Assembly (NCBI RefSeq): GCF_000015145.1
Contig: NC_008818.1
Location: forward strand, 1,050,001-1,082,000
Direction of reading: 5' to 3'
DNA: 32,000 nucleotides
DNA from: Hyperthermus butylicus DSM 5456
Lineage (GTDB): Archaea; Thermoproteota; Thermoprotei_A; Sulfolobales; Pyrodictiaceae
Of the stretch, positions 1-10,065 are shown piece after piece (the stretch's first letter is position 1; each line of letters opens with the position of its first letter). Both the position numbers and the translations under genes were made by a program. The notes below the pieces were generated by a model that searched no databases, was not told the origin of the DNA, and worked only from the letters and a program-made list of their open reading frames with translations.

Positions 1-1
1 A

Positions 2-1165
2 GGGCCGGGCTGGGCTGGCGACACGGTTAAGAGGCACCTAGAGGAGAAAGGCTACAGCGTCATCTACGCTGTGCAGGAGAGTCCCCGGGGTACCGGTGAT
101 GCTGTCCGCGCAGCAGTGGAGAAACTGCCCCGTAGCGTCGACGAGGTCCTCATCGTTTATGGCGACCTCCTAGTGTCGGGCAAGCTTCTCGAGGACGTGG
201 CTGCTGCTGGTGCACCTGCGTTAGCCGCCAAGAGGCACGAGAGACCATGGGACTATGGCGTGGTAAGGGTTAACGGTAGGGGCTGCCTCTCGGGGCTCGT
301 GGAGAAGCCAGCCGACGCCAAGCCGGGAGAGCTGGTGAACACTGGAGTCTACCTGCTGCCCAGGGAGATTCTCGAGGAGTCCCTCGAAGTCCTGAAGCCG
401 AGTCCCCGGGGCGAGCTAGAGTTCACCGATGCCGTGGCACGGATTGCCGGGAAGGCCTGCCTCAGGGTGGTATCTGGAGACTGGCTATGGATGGACGTGG
501 GGAGGCCATGGGACTTATTTGACGCCTATCGTGCTGTCTGGGAGGAGCGCTTCCCGGGGCTCCGGGAGCCCCTGGTTGAGGGCGAGGTTGAGCCCGGGGC
601 AACTCTGAAAGGTCCCGTCTACGTCGCCAGGGGCGCTGTTGTGAGGAGCTACAGCTACGTGGAGGGGCCCGCGTGGATAGAGGGCGAGGTGGGCCCCTTT
701 GCCAGGATTAGGCCGTGGAGCTTCCTCCACCCGGGCAGCAGGGCTGCAACACACACCGAGGTTAAGGCATCAATACTCATGAGGGGTGCCCGGGCTCCAC
801 ACCTAAACTATGTGGGCGACAGCATCCTCGGCGAAGGCGTAAACCTCGGCGCTGGCACGGTGACTGCGAACCTCCGCTTCGACCATGCAACAGTCAGGAT
901 GAGGCTTAAGGGGAAACTGGTGGATACTGGGAGAAACAAGCTCGGCGCAATAATCGGCGATTATGCACAGACAGGCATCAATGTCTCGACACTTCCGGGC
1001 TTAAGGATAGGAGCCTACAGCTGGGTCTACCCCGGCATGACTGTGGCAAAGGATGTGCCGGACTGTGTGCTAGCAAGGCCTAAGCCTGGCGGCGGAGTAG
1101 AGTATGTTGATATAGCAGAGCGTGTTGGCTGTCCAGAACACCTGCGGCGTAGCCGTAGGTACTAG
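2..1165 (+). CDS. Sugar-1-phosphate nucleotidylyltransferase with C-terminal left-handed beta-helix acyltransferase domain (GlmU-like, archaeal type); 5' end outside the window
   Basis: The ORF track starts at 71, but frame 2 is open from base 2 (GPGWAGDTVKRHLEEKGYSVIYAVQESPRGTGDAV...). It has nucleotidyltransferase-type segments (NTGVYLLPREI, DWLWMDVGRPWDL) followed by hexapeptide-like repeats (GVNLGAGTVTANLRFDH, KLGAIIGDYAQTGINVSTLPGLRIG). Confidence 0.88.
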   Translation, partial: GPGWAGDTVKRHLEEKGYSVIYAVQESPRGTGDAVRAAVEKLPRSVDEVLIVYGDLLVSGKLLEDVAAAGAPALAAKRHERPWDYGVVRVNGRGCLSGLVEKPADAKPGELVNTGVYLLPREILEESLEVLKPSPRGELEFTDAVARIAGKACLRVVSGDWLWMDVGRPWDLFDAYRAVWEERFPGLREPLVEGEVEPGATLKGPVYVARGAVVRSYSYVEGPAWIEGEVGPFARIRPWSFLHPGSRAATHTEVKASILMRGARAPHLNYVGDSILGEGVNLGAGTVTANLRFDHATVRMRLKGKLVDTGRNKLGAIIGDYAQTGINVSTLPGLRIGAYSWVYPGMTVAKDVPDCVLARPKPGGGVEYVDIAERVGCPEHLRRSRRY

Positions 1166-1842
1166 CCTGTTATTAGGCTGCCAAGCTCTTCTCCAAGCAC
1201 TACCCTTTTCACGTTCTCCGGATCCGAACCATTAACTACTCTTACCGGTATATTGCTCCTCTCAACAATCGATATTGCTACCGGGTCTAGTAGCTCGTAG
1301 CGGCCGGGGCTCATGCTCTGCCTTACAACCCTGCGAAACTCTTCATAGCTTAGCCTCGGTATCAGCTGTGCAGACTTATCCACGGCGGGGTCCGCCGTGT
1401 ATACGCCGTCAACCGTGGTTGCAAGTACGAGAAGCTCTGCCCCGATGGCTTCAGCAACGAGGGCTGCTACGCCGGAGGTGCTCTGGCCAGGTTGGAACCC
1501 GCCAGCCACCACTATGAGCCCGGTGGAGTATGCTTCGAGCAGCTCCCAGATGCTCCTCGGGGGCTCCGGGTAGGCGTTGGGGTGCAGCGCGTAGATTAGG
1601 AGCCGAGCGTTGAGCCTGGAGGCCTCTATGCCGAGGATGTCCTGGAAGCTCTTCCCCAGCCCCAGCTCCCGGGCAGCTTCAATGTAGCGTCTAGCCTCGG
1701 GACCACCGCCGACGACTACTACGAGCCGGTAGCCCACGCTATGTAGCTCATGGAGGACCTGGGCGTAGCGTTTAACGAGCCCGGGCTTCTCCGGGTTGAC
1801 ATACTTTCCGCTAACCTTGATGACTACGGGGCCCTTCGGCAC
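1162..1842 (-). CDS. pyrH: Uridylate (UMP) kinase, amino-acid-kinase fold
   Basis: VVIKVSGKYVNPE, VVVVGGG, TTVDGVYTADP and C-terminal VVNGSDPENVKRVVLGEELGSLI match archaeal UMP kinase. Confidence 0.88.
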   Translation of the reverse strand: MPKGPVVIKVSGKYVNPEKPGLVKRYAQVLHELHSVGYRLVVVVGGGPEARRYIEAARELGLGKSFQDILGIEASRLNARLLIYALHPNAYPEPPRSIWELLEAYSTGLIVVAGGFQPGQSTSGVAALVAEAIGAELLVLATTVDGVYTADPAVDKSAQLIPRLSYEEFRRVVRQSMSPGRYELLDPVAISIVERSNIPVRVVNGSDPENVKRVVLGEELGSLITG

Positions 1843-1958
1843 CGGCCACCCAGACGTGTTGGCTCTACCTGGATAGGGCCCTAAAACCCTTACAGCAAAC
1901 AGCGGGCGTAAAGTGACCAGCCCCGTCCGGTAGTATAGGCGGAGCTAGAGGAGCTACG

Positions 1959-3542
1959 GTGACGCTGTTGCGGCTGGTACTCTACATCGAAGCCAGGGAT
2001 CGACCGGGCCTCCTAGCAGAGATTATGGGTGTGCTTCGGGAGCTCGGCGCGAACATTATTACAAACTTCGGCTACACAGTGGATGATACCGCGCACCTCC
2101 TATTCATCATAGACTATGGAGGAGAACCCGATGAACTTGCCGAAGCCGTAGCCTCGAGGATTAGGGAGGTTGTAGAGGCCCGCGCAGCCGAGCTGGGAGC
2201 GGGTGCAGCCGAAGTCCTGGCAGAGTTTATACGCGACCGGCCCGGCATTATCAGCCTCCTAGAGTTCTACGTCGAGCCAGTAGACCTTCTCGACGCTATC
2301 TCGGTCCTCCCTGAGGACGAGAGAAGGAGGATCTATGGCCTCCTGACGCCTGGCACTCTCGCATCAATACTCCTTCACGGCGATGAAGGCGTAGCGGGGG
2401 AAGTAGCCGAAGCCCTACCTGCAGATGCGATAGCACGTGCAATAGCTACGCTGCCCGTTGAGGATGCGGGTGAGGTGCTGAGAAAGCTCCCGGAGGAGGC
2501 TAGGAACGAGGTTCTACGTCGGCTCCCCCCGGAGGTTAGGAGGAGGCTCGCCGAGCTGCTGCGCTATCCTCCCGAGACAGCTGGCGCGATAATGACTACG
2601 AGCGTCCCCGTGCTAAGGGCCGACGATACCGTGGCGAGTGCGCTGCAGCAGCTGCGGAGCGGCAGCTACACAATACGCGACACAGTTGTTGTAGTGGACT
2701 CTGAGGGCAGGCTGGTGGGCCTAGTTCCTGTGGACGCGCTGCTGCGAGCGCAGCCTGGCGACCAGCTTGAGAAGCTGGCGCTACGCCCCAGAGCCACTGT
2801 CAGCCCCATGGTCAATAGGGAGGAGGCCGCAAGGATGATGCTACGCTACGATATCAGCAGGCTCCCCGTGGTCTCCAACGATGGCCGGTTCCTCGGCATA
2901 GTAGCCCTGGAAGATGCAGCGAGGATCCTGGCTGAGGAAGCTGGAGAGGACATAGCAAAGCTGGCGGCAATGGAGAAACCCCGGGAGAGGTACCGCTATG
3001 CCTCGCCCCTGGATCTTGTCAGACTCCGGCTCCCCTGGCTAATCCTCATATACCTAATGGAAAGCATTACAGCCAGCATAATCAAGGGCTATGAAGACCT
3101 CATAGCAAGGGTGGCAGTGCTAGCTGCATTCCTCCCACTCATAATGGACACGAGTGGCAATGTTGGAAGCCAGTCGAGCAGCATGATAATACGGGCTCTA
3201 GCCCTTGGCGAGGTCTCTGAGCGTAGCAGAATAGACGTAGCATACATAGTGTTGAAGGAACTAGCAGCTGCCTCTACGATAGCAGCAATACTCTCCTCGA
3301 TAGGCTTCACAATAGCCTACATCATAGGGGGTTACAACGTGAGACTAGGCTTGGCGATAGCAGCAACTCTCTTCATAGTAGTAGTACTAGCAGACCTCAT
3401 AGGCTCCCTACTCCCAATACTAGCTCGGCGCTTGGGAGCAGACCCAGCCACGCTATCCTCGCCCCTAATAACAACGATAATGGATGTAACAGTCATAGCA
3501 GTCTACTTTACACTAGCCTCAAAAATGCTAGGAATAACCTAG
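1959..3542 (+). CDS. mgtE: MgtE-family Mg2+ transporter with an N-terminal ACT-like domain
   Basis: N-terminus LRLVLYIEARDRPGLLAEIMGVLRELGANI is ACT-like. It is followed by the MgtE N domain (LPVEDAGEVLRKLPEE), two CBS motifs (MTTSVPVLRADDTV; SRLPVVSNDGRFLGIV) and a membrane domain with MDTSGNVGSQSS. Confidence 0.9.
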   Translation: MTLLRLVLYIEARDRPGLLAEIMGVLRELGANIITNFGYTVDDTAHLLFIIDYGGEPDELAEAVASRIREVVEARAAELGAGAAEVLAEFIRDRPGIISLLEFYVEPVDLLDAISVLPEDERRRIYGLLTPGTLASILLHGDEGVAGEVAEALPADAIARAIATLPVEDAGEVLRKLPEEARNEVLRRLPPEVRRRLAELLRYPPETAGAIMTTSVPVLRADDTVASALQQLRSGSYTIRDTVVVVDSEGRLVGLVPVDALLRAQPGDQLEKLALRPRATVSPMVNREEAARMMLRYDISRLPVVSNDGRFLGIVALEDAARILAEEAGEDIAKLAAMEKPRERYRYASPLDLVRLRLPWLILIYLMESITASIIKGYEDLIARVAVLAAFLPLIMDTSGNVGSQSSSMIIRALALGEVSERSRIDVAYIVLKELAAASTIAAILSSIGFTIAYIIGGYNVRLGLAIAATLFIVVVLADLIGSLLPILARRLGADPATLSSPLITTIMDVTVIAVYFTLASKMLGIT

Positions 3543-3787
3543 ACCTCAACGTATAAATATAGACTAATACTTCCAGTCTTAGTCATTGCATTCATTAGAG
3601 TATGTAGTTGTTGTATTGCATGCTCCTTCGATGGAACCTTAGCTCGTATTACATAGCCTCCCCCTTCTTTCTGAATTATTGAGTAGGCCATGTTTTGTAC
3701 ATCCACACTAGCAGATACAGGTACTACGCTCCCTACAAGTATCCCGATTACTAGCATTACTAAAGCAATGCGTACAATTACCTTCAT
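3539..3787 (-). CDS. Small secreted or membrane-anchored hypothetical protein
   Basis: 82-aa product from the internal ATG at 3787 has a hydrophobic signal-like N-terminus (MKVIVRIALVMLVIGILVGSVVPVSA). The track's longer start at 3823 is less likely. Confidence 0.6.
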   Translation of the reverse strand: MKVIVRIALVMLVIGILVGSVVPVSASVDVQNMAYSIIQKEGGGYVIRAKVPSKEHAIQQLHTLMNAMTKTGSISLYLYVEV

Positions 3788-4192
3788 GTTTTCACCCTTG
3801 CCCCGTTTGGACTTTGGGACCAATTAGGGCATGTATATTTATCCCTTATATAGGTTGGTCAGATGGGCTCCTTGAGGCGTCAAGAAGACAGCGATAGAGA
3901 AATCAGAATATTACACTATATTATCGTTATTAACGTCAATAAAATACCTCTCGAAAAAATATGCATGCATAACAAATGAAGGTACTACAATGTCCTAAGT
4001 ATTGCTTTCACAGTCTTTTATAATATTCGCGGCTAGTTTGTTAATTCCGGTTGGTTCCAGGCTGTAGGGGCTGTGAGGAGTGTGGCGGGCACGACCCCTC
4101 CTATGGGGGATGGTGTGAACGGACCCGCTGAGCCCCTACAAGCCGTTAAACCCTCCCAAGCGGTAACCCCTTCCTTATCGGTGAGCCACTCT

Positions 4193-5044
4193 ATGGCTAG
4201 GAGGCTCCACTTTGGTCCCGCTGGGAAACCAACTACGCTCAAGAGTGGCGACTACGTGAAGGCTATAGAGGTCATAGCGGGGATGGGCCTGGATGCTATA
4301 GAGTATGAGGCTGTGCGCGGTGTAAGAATAAGCGAGGCCAAGGCACGGGCGATAGCAGAGGCCGCGGAGAGGTACGGGGTCATAGTCTCTATGCACGCCC
4401 CCTACTTCATTAACTTTGCCTCGCCCGACAAGCAGACCGTGGAGAAGAGCCGTGAGAGGCTCATAGCTTCTGTCCGGGCGGCAAGCTGGATGAACGCCTA
4501 CGCTGTTGTCTTCCACCCCGGCTACTACAAGGGCAACAGTAGCCCCGAGGAGGCCCTGCAGAGGACCATTGAGAATCTACGCAGCGTGGATGAGTACATA
4601 GAGCAGCAGGGCATCAAGGGTGTCTGGATAGCCCCCGAGACGACTGGGAGGACAGCACAAGTTGGGAGCGTCGAGGAGGTCGTGGCTATCTGTAGGGAGC
4701 TGCGCCACGCACGCCCAGCTGTAGACTGGGCCCACATTCACGCTAGGAGCCTCGGCAAACACGTGGTATCCGTCGACGATGTTGTCAGGATCGTAGAGTA
4801 CATTGAGAGGGAGCTAGGCACCTGGGCGGTCAAGCCGTTACACACGCACTTCAGTAAGATAGGGTACGGGGAGGGCGGCGAAAAGGAGCACCACACCTTG
4901 GCGGAGGGGGAGTACGGTCCTGACTGGAGGATAGTGTGCAGAGCATACAAGAATCTCGGCATAGAGGCAGTAGTGATATCTGAAAGCCCCATACTTGAGC
5001 AGGACGCGCTTGTTATGAAGAAGATATGCGAAGATGAAGGGTAA
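4193..5044 (+). CDS. nfo: Endonuclease IV / AP endonuclease-family protein (TIM barrel)
   Basis: From ATG 4193: MARRLHFGPAGKP...GLDAIEYEAVRG, MHAPYFINFASPD, YAVVFHPGYY, GVWIAPETTGRTAQVGS, HTHFSKIGYG, PILEQDAL. The upstream extension to 4073 is low-complexity and probably untranslated. Confidence 0.88.
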   Translation: MARRLHFGPAGKPTTLKSGDYVKAIEVIAGMGLDAIEYEAVRGVRISEAKARAIAEAAERYGVIVSMHAPYFINFASPDKQTVEKSRERLIASVRAASWMNAYAVVFHPGYYKGNSSPEEALQRTIENLRSVDEYIEQQGIKGVWIAPETTGRTAQVGSVEEVVAICRELRHARPAVDWAHIHARSLGKHVVSVDDVVRIVEYIERELGTWAVKPLHTHFSKIGYGEGGEKEHHTLAEGEYGPDWRIVCRAYKNLGIEAVVISESPILEQDALVMKKICEDEG

Positions 5045-6017
5045 ACCTAGACACAGCCGGGCTCCGCTACCGTTTTTACCTTCGTCCAAGTACGTGGCTA
5101 CTATAGGCTCCTTAGGGGTGCCTAGTAGAGTCTTGGGAGGCTATCCTGTCCACTTGCTAGCAGTACTTGCAGCGTATAGCCTTACACTCCCAGCAGTCTA
5201 TGGCAGGATAGTCGTTAGCTGCAGGAATATACGGGCCTGCACTCGGCAGCTTAGACTCCTCGCCATCGCATCCACATCGGTGCCAATTACCGGGCTCGTC
5301 CTACTAGCACGGATTGCACGTGATATACTGGTAGAGGCTGTTGTCGCGGCGGCTGCAGCGCCAATTGTTGTAGCTGTGGTGGCTAGGATGCTGTTCCGGC
5401 CGAGCGGCATAGTTGAGGCTTGGTATCATGGTGTGAGGGTTAGTGCCAGACTAGTCGACATACCCATCCCGGCGTTTAGCGTAGCAGTGCTCGGCCGGGT
5501 CTACCTTTCAACCCGCGCTCTGGCAGCACCAGTTCACCGTCTCTGCGTCATGATAGCCCATGAGCAGGGGCACCTGGAAGCGTTCCACCCGGTTCCCGTA
5601 CAGCTCGCAGCACTAGCCCCAACAGCAGCTGCTGCAACAGCTCTCACGGTTCTACTCTCATCAGCCATGCTGACACCAGCCTGGATAGCGAGTACCTTAC
5701 TCCTAGTAGCCTCCCTGGCCATTGCATGGACGGTCTATAGCTGGTCCTGGGAGCACCTCGCGGACCTACACTCGGCGAGAATCTGCAGTGTACAAGCTGC
5801 ACTTGACACACTCGCGGCACTAGCTGGCTGGAGAACATGTATGATAACGCCAGCAAAAGCCTACCGGGTGCTAGTGAAAACGCTTTGGCCAAGAAGGGCG
5901 CGAGGCCCCTTCCTCATTAACCCCCATCCACCGCCATGCCTTAGGCTATGGCTGCTCAGCCGCTTCCAGCTCCTCAAGACTAGCCGGCCAGAACCTAACA
6001 GTGGCTGGGCCCCATAA
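5034..6017 (+). CDS. Multi-pass membrane metallopeptidase-like protein with HEXXH motif (M48/M56-like)
   Basis: HEQGH at 5559-5573 within MIAHEQGHLEAF, flanked by several hydrophobic segments. It overlaps the end of nfo. Confidence 0.65.
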   Translation: MKGKPRHSRAPLPFLPSSKYVATIGSLGVPSRVLGGYPVHLLAVLAAYSLTLPAVYGRIVVSCRNIRACTRQLRLLAIASTSVPITGLVLLARIARDILVEAVVAAAAAPIVVAVVARMLFRPSGIVEAWYHGVRVSARLVDIPIPAFSVAVLGRVYLSTRALAAPVHRLCVMIAHEQGHLEAFHPVPVQLAALAPTAAAATALTVLLSSAMLTPAWIASTLLLVASLAIAWTVYSWSWEHLADLHSARICSVQAALDTLAALAGWRTCMITPAKAYRVLVKTLWPRRARGPFLINPHPPPCLRLWLLSRFQLLKTSRPEPNSGWAP

Positions 6018-6320
6018 CGCCTCGACCACGGTTACAGCTTGCTCGCCCATCGAGACACCGCCATCTGGAGCCTCGAGATACGCCCCAAATACCACACCGT
6101 CAACCAGTACTAGGCCAGCCTGGTAACCCGACTCGTAGACTATACAGACTCTCCCAGTGAACCTTGACCCGGAAAGCTCACGCTCAAGCCGGAGCCACAC
6201 ATCGCCCTCAACTTCAAATTCGACTCCTGCAGTATCAGCACAGCAAACCTTAGCAGCAACATGGTCAAGGGGTAGTCCATAGAAGCTGCTCATGCTGCGA
6301 GATACGATGCTTGCCTCCAA
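5946..6320 (-). CDS. Hypothetical protein, 124 aa
   Basis: Open frame with a coherent alternating hydrophobic pattern. It overlaps the 3' end of the peptidase gene antiparallel by about 70 bp. Confidence 0.5.
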   Translation of the reverse strand: MEASIVSRSMSSFYGLPLDHVAAKVCCADTAGVEFEVEGDVWLRLERELSGSRFTGRVCIVYESGYQAGLVLVDGVVFGAYLEAPDGGVSMGEQAVTVVEALWGPATVRFWPASLEELEAAEQP

Positions 6321-6640
6321 CCCGCAGCCCCGACGGGAACACTAGACGGAACAGAGCCCACTGCAACCCCCACGCCACCATAAATAACCAGGTAACACCA
6401 ACCCCAAACACTGCACAGTAGCCCCTAGGCCGCTAGGCTACGCACACGAGCAAGCTAAAAATACAGCCATTCACAATCCACGGCTCCTCAAAAACACTCC
6501 TTCAAGACTGTAGCAGCACCATTTCCACCAACACTCTACCCCAATACGTATAGTGTAGCCATAAGGCGCTCAACCTCTATGCTAGCCACGCCAGAAAGCT
6601 ACGTGGACAAAAGGGGGATACAACTACGTCTTTTGTACTG

Positions 6641-7021
6641 CTAGAGTTCTATTTCAAGCCCCGTCCGGTAGTCTATGAACACTACCTTATCAAAGCCTGC
6701 TTCGTGTAAGGCGCTCTTGGCCTTGGAGAGTATAGTTCTCCATAACTGGTTGTTGATGAATCTACAGAAGAAGCATGAAGGATCTGTACCTGTATAGTCT
6801 ACGAATACCACAAGGGTGTCCCCCGACAACCTTAGCTTCCTGACAACACCCAGGCTAACTATATCTGCGTCAAATCCGGGAACTATTACCTGTCGTAGGA
6901 CGCTTTCAGCTCTATGGAAAATAGGTGCTAGCTCAGCCTTAGGCTGCTTCTGCGACTCTTGTTGATGCTCGTTCCTGGAGGTAATCTTACTCAGCCAGCT
7001 GAACAGAGGCAAGCTTGACAC
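6641..7021 (-). CDS. Hypothetical protein with possible divergent MIP18/DUF59 (PaaD-like) resemblance
   Basis: VLRQVIVPGFDADIVSLGVVRKLRLSGDTLVVFVDYTGTDPSCFFCRF resembles the DUF59 pattern 'V.DP...iv.LGlV..v.v.g..v.v...t...C'. Confidence 0.55.
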   Translation of the reverse strand: MSSLPLFSWLSKITSRNEHQQESQKQPKAELAPIFHRAESVLRQVIVPGFDADIVSLGVVRKLRLSGDTLVVFVDYTGTDPSCFFCRFINNQLWRTILSKAKSALHEAGFDKVVFIDYRTGLEIEL

Positions 7022-7042
7022 CTATATACTTCTGTAGAGTTG

Positions 7043-7468
7043 CTAGGTTTTGAGCTGTGCTTTCTCTAGAAGTCTCTCGACGTCACGGATGCTGGGCAGT
7101 TCCGGTATGATCTTGGCCGTCAGTGTTATGGTTACCTCGCCTGTTTCGGGGTTATATGATACGTCGTACTCTTCTACTGCCTGGTACGTGTCCTCTGTTT
7201 CTATGATCTGCGCTATTGCTTCCTCAAGTTGATGCTTCTGTTTGCCCGTTGCTACCTGTGCCGTGTAAACTGCCTCTACGCCATCAGGACTTGCATCTAT
7301 AAAGACTGTTCTCACCGTGGCAGAGGACGGTTTGAACTGGATGATTATTCTGGGGCCGTAGGTGTCTATTTCGAGGTCTTCTATCTCGTCCATGCTTGCT
7401 CCGAGCGCCTCAGCTATCGGCCTAAGCGCTTTCTCGAGAAGCCGAGCCAGCTTCTCCACGTTGTCCAT
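7043..7468 (-). CDS. Hypothetical protein, 141 aa, likely co-transcribed with 6641..7021
   Basis: Well-formed acidic soluble protein in the same orientation with a 21-bp gap to the next ORF. The antisense ORF at 7050 is explained by this one. Confidence 0.6.
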   Translation of the reverse strand: MDNVEKLARLLEKALRPIAEALGASMDEIEDLEIDTYGPRIIIQFKPSSATVRTVFIDASPDGVEAVYTAQVATGKQKHQLEEAIAQIIETEDTYQAVEEYDVSYNPETGEVTITLTAKIIPELPSIRDVERLLEKAQLKT

Positions 7469-7812
7469 AGCTCTCCTCCCCGGGGAGAATGCTGGGTTGC
7501 AGCCTTAGGTCTTCTGTATGCCTCTTCATGAGGCTAGGGGTTTCGGGCAGGAGCAGCTTCGCGGGTTTAACTGCTGCTATTTTGCACGATTGTGCCCCCA
7601 GCGTCTGAGCGCCCTGTGGTGTGGGGTCGCCTATGGGCGTCCCTCATCACACCTATTGATCAGTTGTTAAGGCCTCGCTCACCCCCATGGAGGACTACTA
7701 GTGTCTCTCTAATGGGGTCCCTTGTCTGGGTTTTCCGTGGCTGGTCTACGGCTAAGGTATTAGTAGGCATCGCGTTTCCTTCCCATAATCCCTCCTGGAG
7801 GCTGGCCAGGGC

Positions 7813-9024
7813 TTGGCGCTACATGATATTGTTCGTTCCGAGGTGTTGCCTGGACGTGCTACTACGTTGACGTTTATTGCTAAGGCTCGGGAGGCCGCCG
7901 CGCGTGGCCTCGACGTCATTAGTTTCGGTGTTGGACAGCCCGACGCGCCTACGTTTCCGCATATTGTTGAGGCTGGTATACGGGCTCTTGAGGAGGGGTT
8001 TACAGGGTATACTGAGACTCAAGGAATTCCCGAGCTTCGGAAGGCAATAGCAGATTATCTGAACGAGCGGTATGGGGCGGGTGTTTCGGCCGACGAGGTC
8101 ATCGTTACGACTGGAGCTAAAACAGCACTGTTCGTGGCCATGGCCGCTGTGCTGAGGCCTGGCGACGAGGTATTGATACCGGAGCCTAGCTACCCCTCCT
8201 ACGCCTCAACAGCCCGTATCCTCGGCGCTCGGCCGGTGTTCGTGCCGCTCCGCTGGACTGGTAGGGGCTTCGAACTCGACGTCTCAGCTGTGGAGGAGAG
8301 GCTGACAGAGCGTACGAAAATGATAGTGCTTAATAACCCACACAACCCCACCGGGACAGTGTTCAACGCGCAGGCTGTCGAAGAGCTTGTTGAACTCGCC
8401 TCCCGGCGGGGCATAGCAGTACTGGCTGACGAGATATACGACAACTTCGTCTACGAGGGCAGGTTCCGCAGCGTCCTCGAGTCCGCCAGATGGAGGGATG
8501 TTGTTCTCTATGTTAACGGACACTCTAAGACATTCTCGATGACAGGGTGGAGGCTTGGCTGGCTCGTAGCCGACCGGAGGCTCATCCCGCTGCTCCGCTT
8601 TATAGCGGAGAACGTGTACAGCTGCGCGCCGAGCATCAGCCAGCGCGCTGGCGTAGCCGCGCTACGGGGTCCGTGGGAGCCGGTCCGGGAAATGGTTGAG
8701 GAGTTCCGCCAGCGCCGCGACATCATGGTCGAGGAACTCTCGAAGATACCCGGCGTCGAGACCTACAAGCCGCAGGGCGCGTTCTACGTATTCCCTCGGC
8801 TTGCCCGGCTGGTAGAACAGCTCGGCATGACTGTTGAGGAGCTGGTTGAACACATGATCTACTCTAGGGGCGTCGTAATGATACCGGGCAGCGTGTTCCC
8901 CGACAAGGCCGGGGCGTTGCATGTACGGCTTAGCTATGCGCTGCGGCCAGAGAGGATAAGGGAGGGCATGAGGAGGTTCCGGGAGGAGGTCGAGAACCTC
9001 CTGGAGGAGAAGGCGAAGAGATAA
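7813..9024 (+). CDS. Class I/II PLP aminotransferase (aspartate/aromatic type)
   Basis: VISFGVGQPDAPT, GYTETQGIPELRKAIADYL, NNPHNPTGTVF, ADEIYDNFVYEG, NGHSKTFSMTGWRLGW and C-terminal HVRLSYA are canonical. Confidence 0.93.
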   Translation: MALHDIVRSEVLPGRATTLTFIAKAREAAARGLDVISFGVGQPDAPTFPHIVEAGIRALEEGFTGYTETQGIPELRKAIADYLNERYGAGVSADEVIVTTGAKTALFVAMAAVLRPGDEVLIPEPSYPSYASTARILGARPVFVPLRWTGRGFELDVSAVEERLTERTKMIVLNNPHNPTGTVFNAQAVEELVELASRRGIAVLADEIYDNFVYEGRFRSVLESARWRDVVLYVNGHSKTFSMTGWRLGWLVADRRLIPLLRFIAENVYSCAPSISQRAGVAALRGPWEPVREMVEEFRQRRDIMVEELSKIPGVETYKPQGAFYVFPRLARLVEQLGMTVEELVEHMIYSRGVVMIPGSVFPDKAGALHVRLSYALRPERIREGMRRFREEVENLLEEKAKR

Positions 9025-9122
9025 GCGGGGGAGGATAGGCGTAATTAAGGCGCCAGGCAACCCCTCCCCTCCAATGGCGACTGTTGACAAGCTGCATAGT
9101 AGGATAGCCGGGGTGACAATAG

Positions 9123-9986
9123 GTGTCTGCTCGCGGCGTCGAGCCAGTGGTTCGTAAGCCGTGCCGTGTAGTAGCAGTTGTGAGCGGTGGCCCGGACAGC
9201 ACAGGGTACATGGTGCAGTGGCTAGCTAGGGGGTGTATGGTTCACGCGCTGAGCTTCAACTACGGCCAGAAGGGTAGCAAGGAGCTGGAGGTTGCGGAGA
9301 AGCTCCTAGCAAGGATAAACGAGATGGCTTCCTCGCGGCCAGGCTGGGGCCGCATCCTAGAGCACCGTGTAGTCGACATGTCGTTTATGAGGGAGTTGTG
9401 GAGAGGCACACAGCTCACCGATGAGACCGTGAAAGTTGAGGAGGAGTACCAGCCCACCGTCGTGGTACCGATACGGAACGTCGTAATGCTATCCATCGCC
9501 ACGGCCTACGCCTACAGCCTCGCTGAGCGCTATTCCGGCGAGAACATCTACGTGGCCTATGGCGCCCACTACAACGACATCGCACCCCGGAGCGATACCT
9601 GGGAGCCACTCTACCCCGACTGCAGCCCCGAGTGCATCGAGGCGCTGCAGACAGCGTTTAGGCTATGCCACTTCCGCGGCAGCAGAAGAATAGAGGTATG
9701 GAGCCCGTCCAGGGAGGGTCTAACCAAGGCTGAAAACTTGAAGCGCACCTACCAGCTGATAGGCAATCTCATCTACGAGACTTGGAGCTGCTACGAGAGT
9801 GGCAGGTTCCACTGCGGCCGCTGCAAGAGCTGCAGAAACAGGCACCGCGCCTTCAAGGAGGCTGGGATACCCGACTGCACCCCCTACCTGCACCCGCCAG
9901 GAGACCCGAGCGAGTTCGAGGAAAGGGTAATCGATGGCGTTAGAGTCTACGTGCATCGCAGCTGCAGCCGTGCCAGGGAATCCTAA
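9123..9986 (+). CDS. queC: 7-cyano-7-deazaguanine (preQ0) synthase
   Basis: [15 protein letters not shown]-loop, [71 protein letters not shown]. Confidence 0.93.
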   Translation: MSARGVEPVVRKPCRVVAVVSGGPDSTGYMVQWLARGCMVHALSFNYGQKGSKELEVAEKLLARINEMASSRPGWGRILEHRVVDMSFMRELWRGTQLTDETVKVEEEYQPTVVVPIRNVVMLSIATAYAYSLAERYSGENIYVAYGAHYNDIAPRSDTWEPLYPDCSPECIEALQTAFRLCHFRGSRRIEVWSPSREGLTKAENLKRTYQLIGNLIYETWSCYESGRFHCGRCKSCRNRHRAFKEAGIPDCTPYLHPPGDPSEFEERVIDGVRVYVHRSCSRARES

Positions 9987-10065
9987 GGGCTAGGTTTATG
10001 GGGGCCAACCGGACCACTACTAGAATCCAGACTGGGGGCACAGCAAACCCTAGGCCCCCACCTCT

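Noticed and set aside
3089-3310. Minus-strand ORF inside mgtE, and similar shadow ORFs such as 4175..4516, 4525..4737, 8199..8444 and 25364..25801
   Set aside because: All lie antisense to strongly supported coding sequences and have compositionally biased translations with no recognisable motifs.
7592-7870. 92-aa minus-strand ORF before the aminotransferase
   Set aside because: Low-complexity Pro/Arg/Ser-rich translation overlapping the aminotransferase 5' end; no motif.
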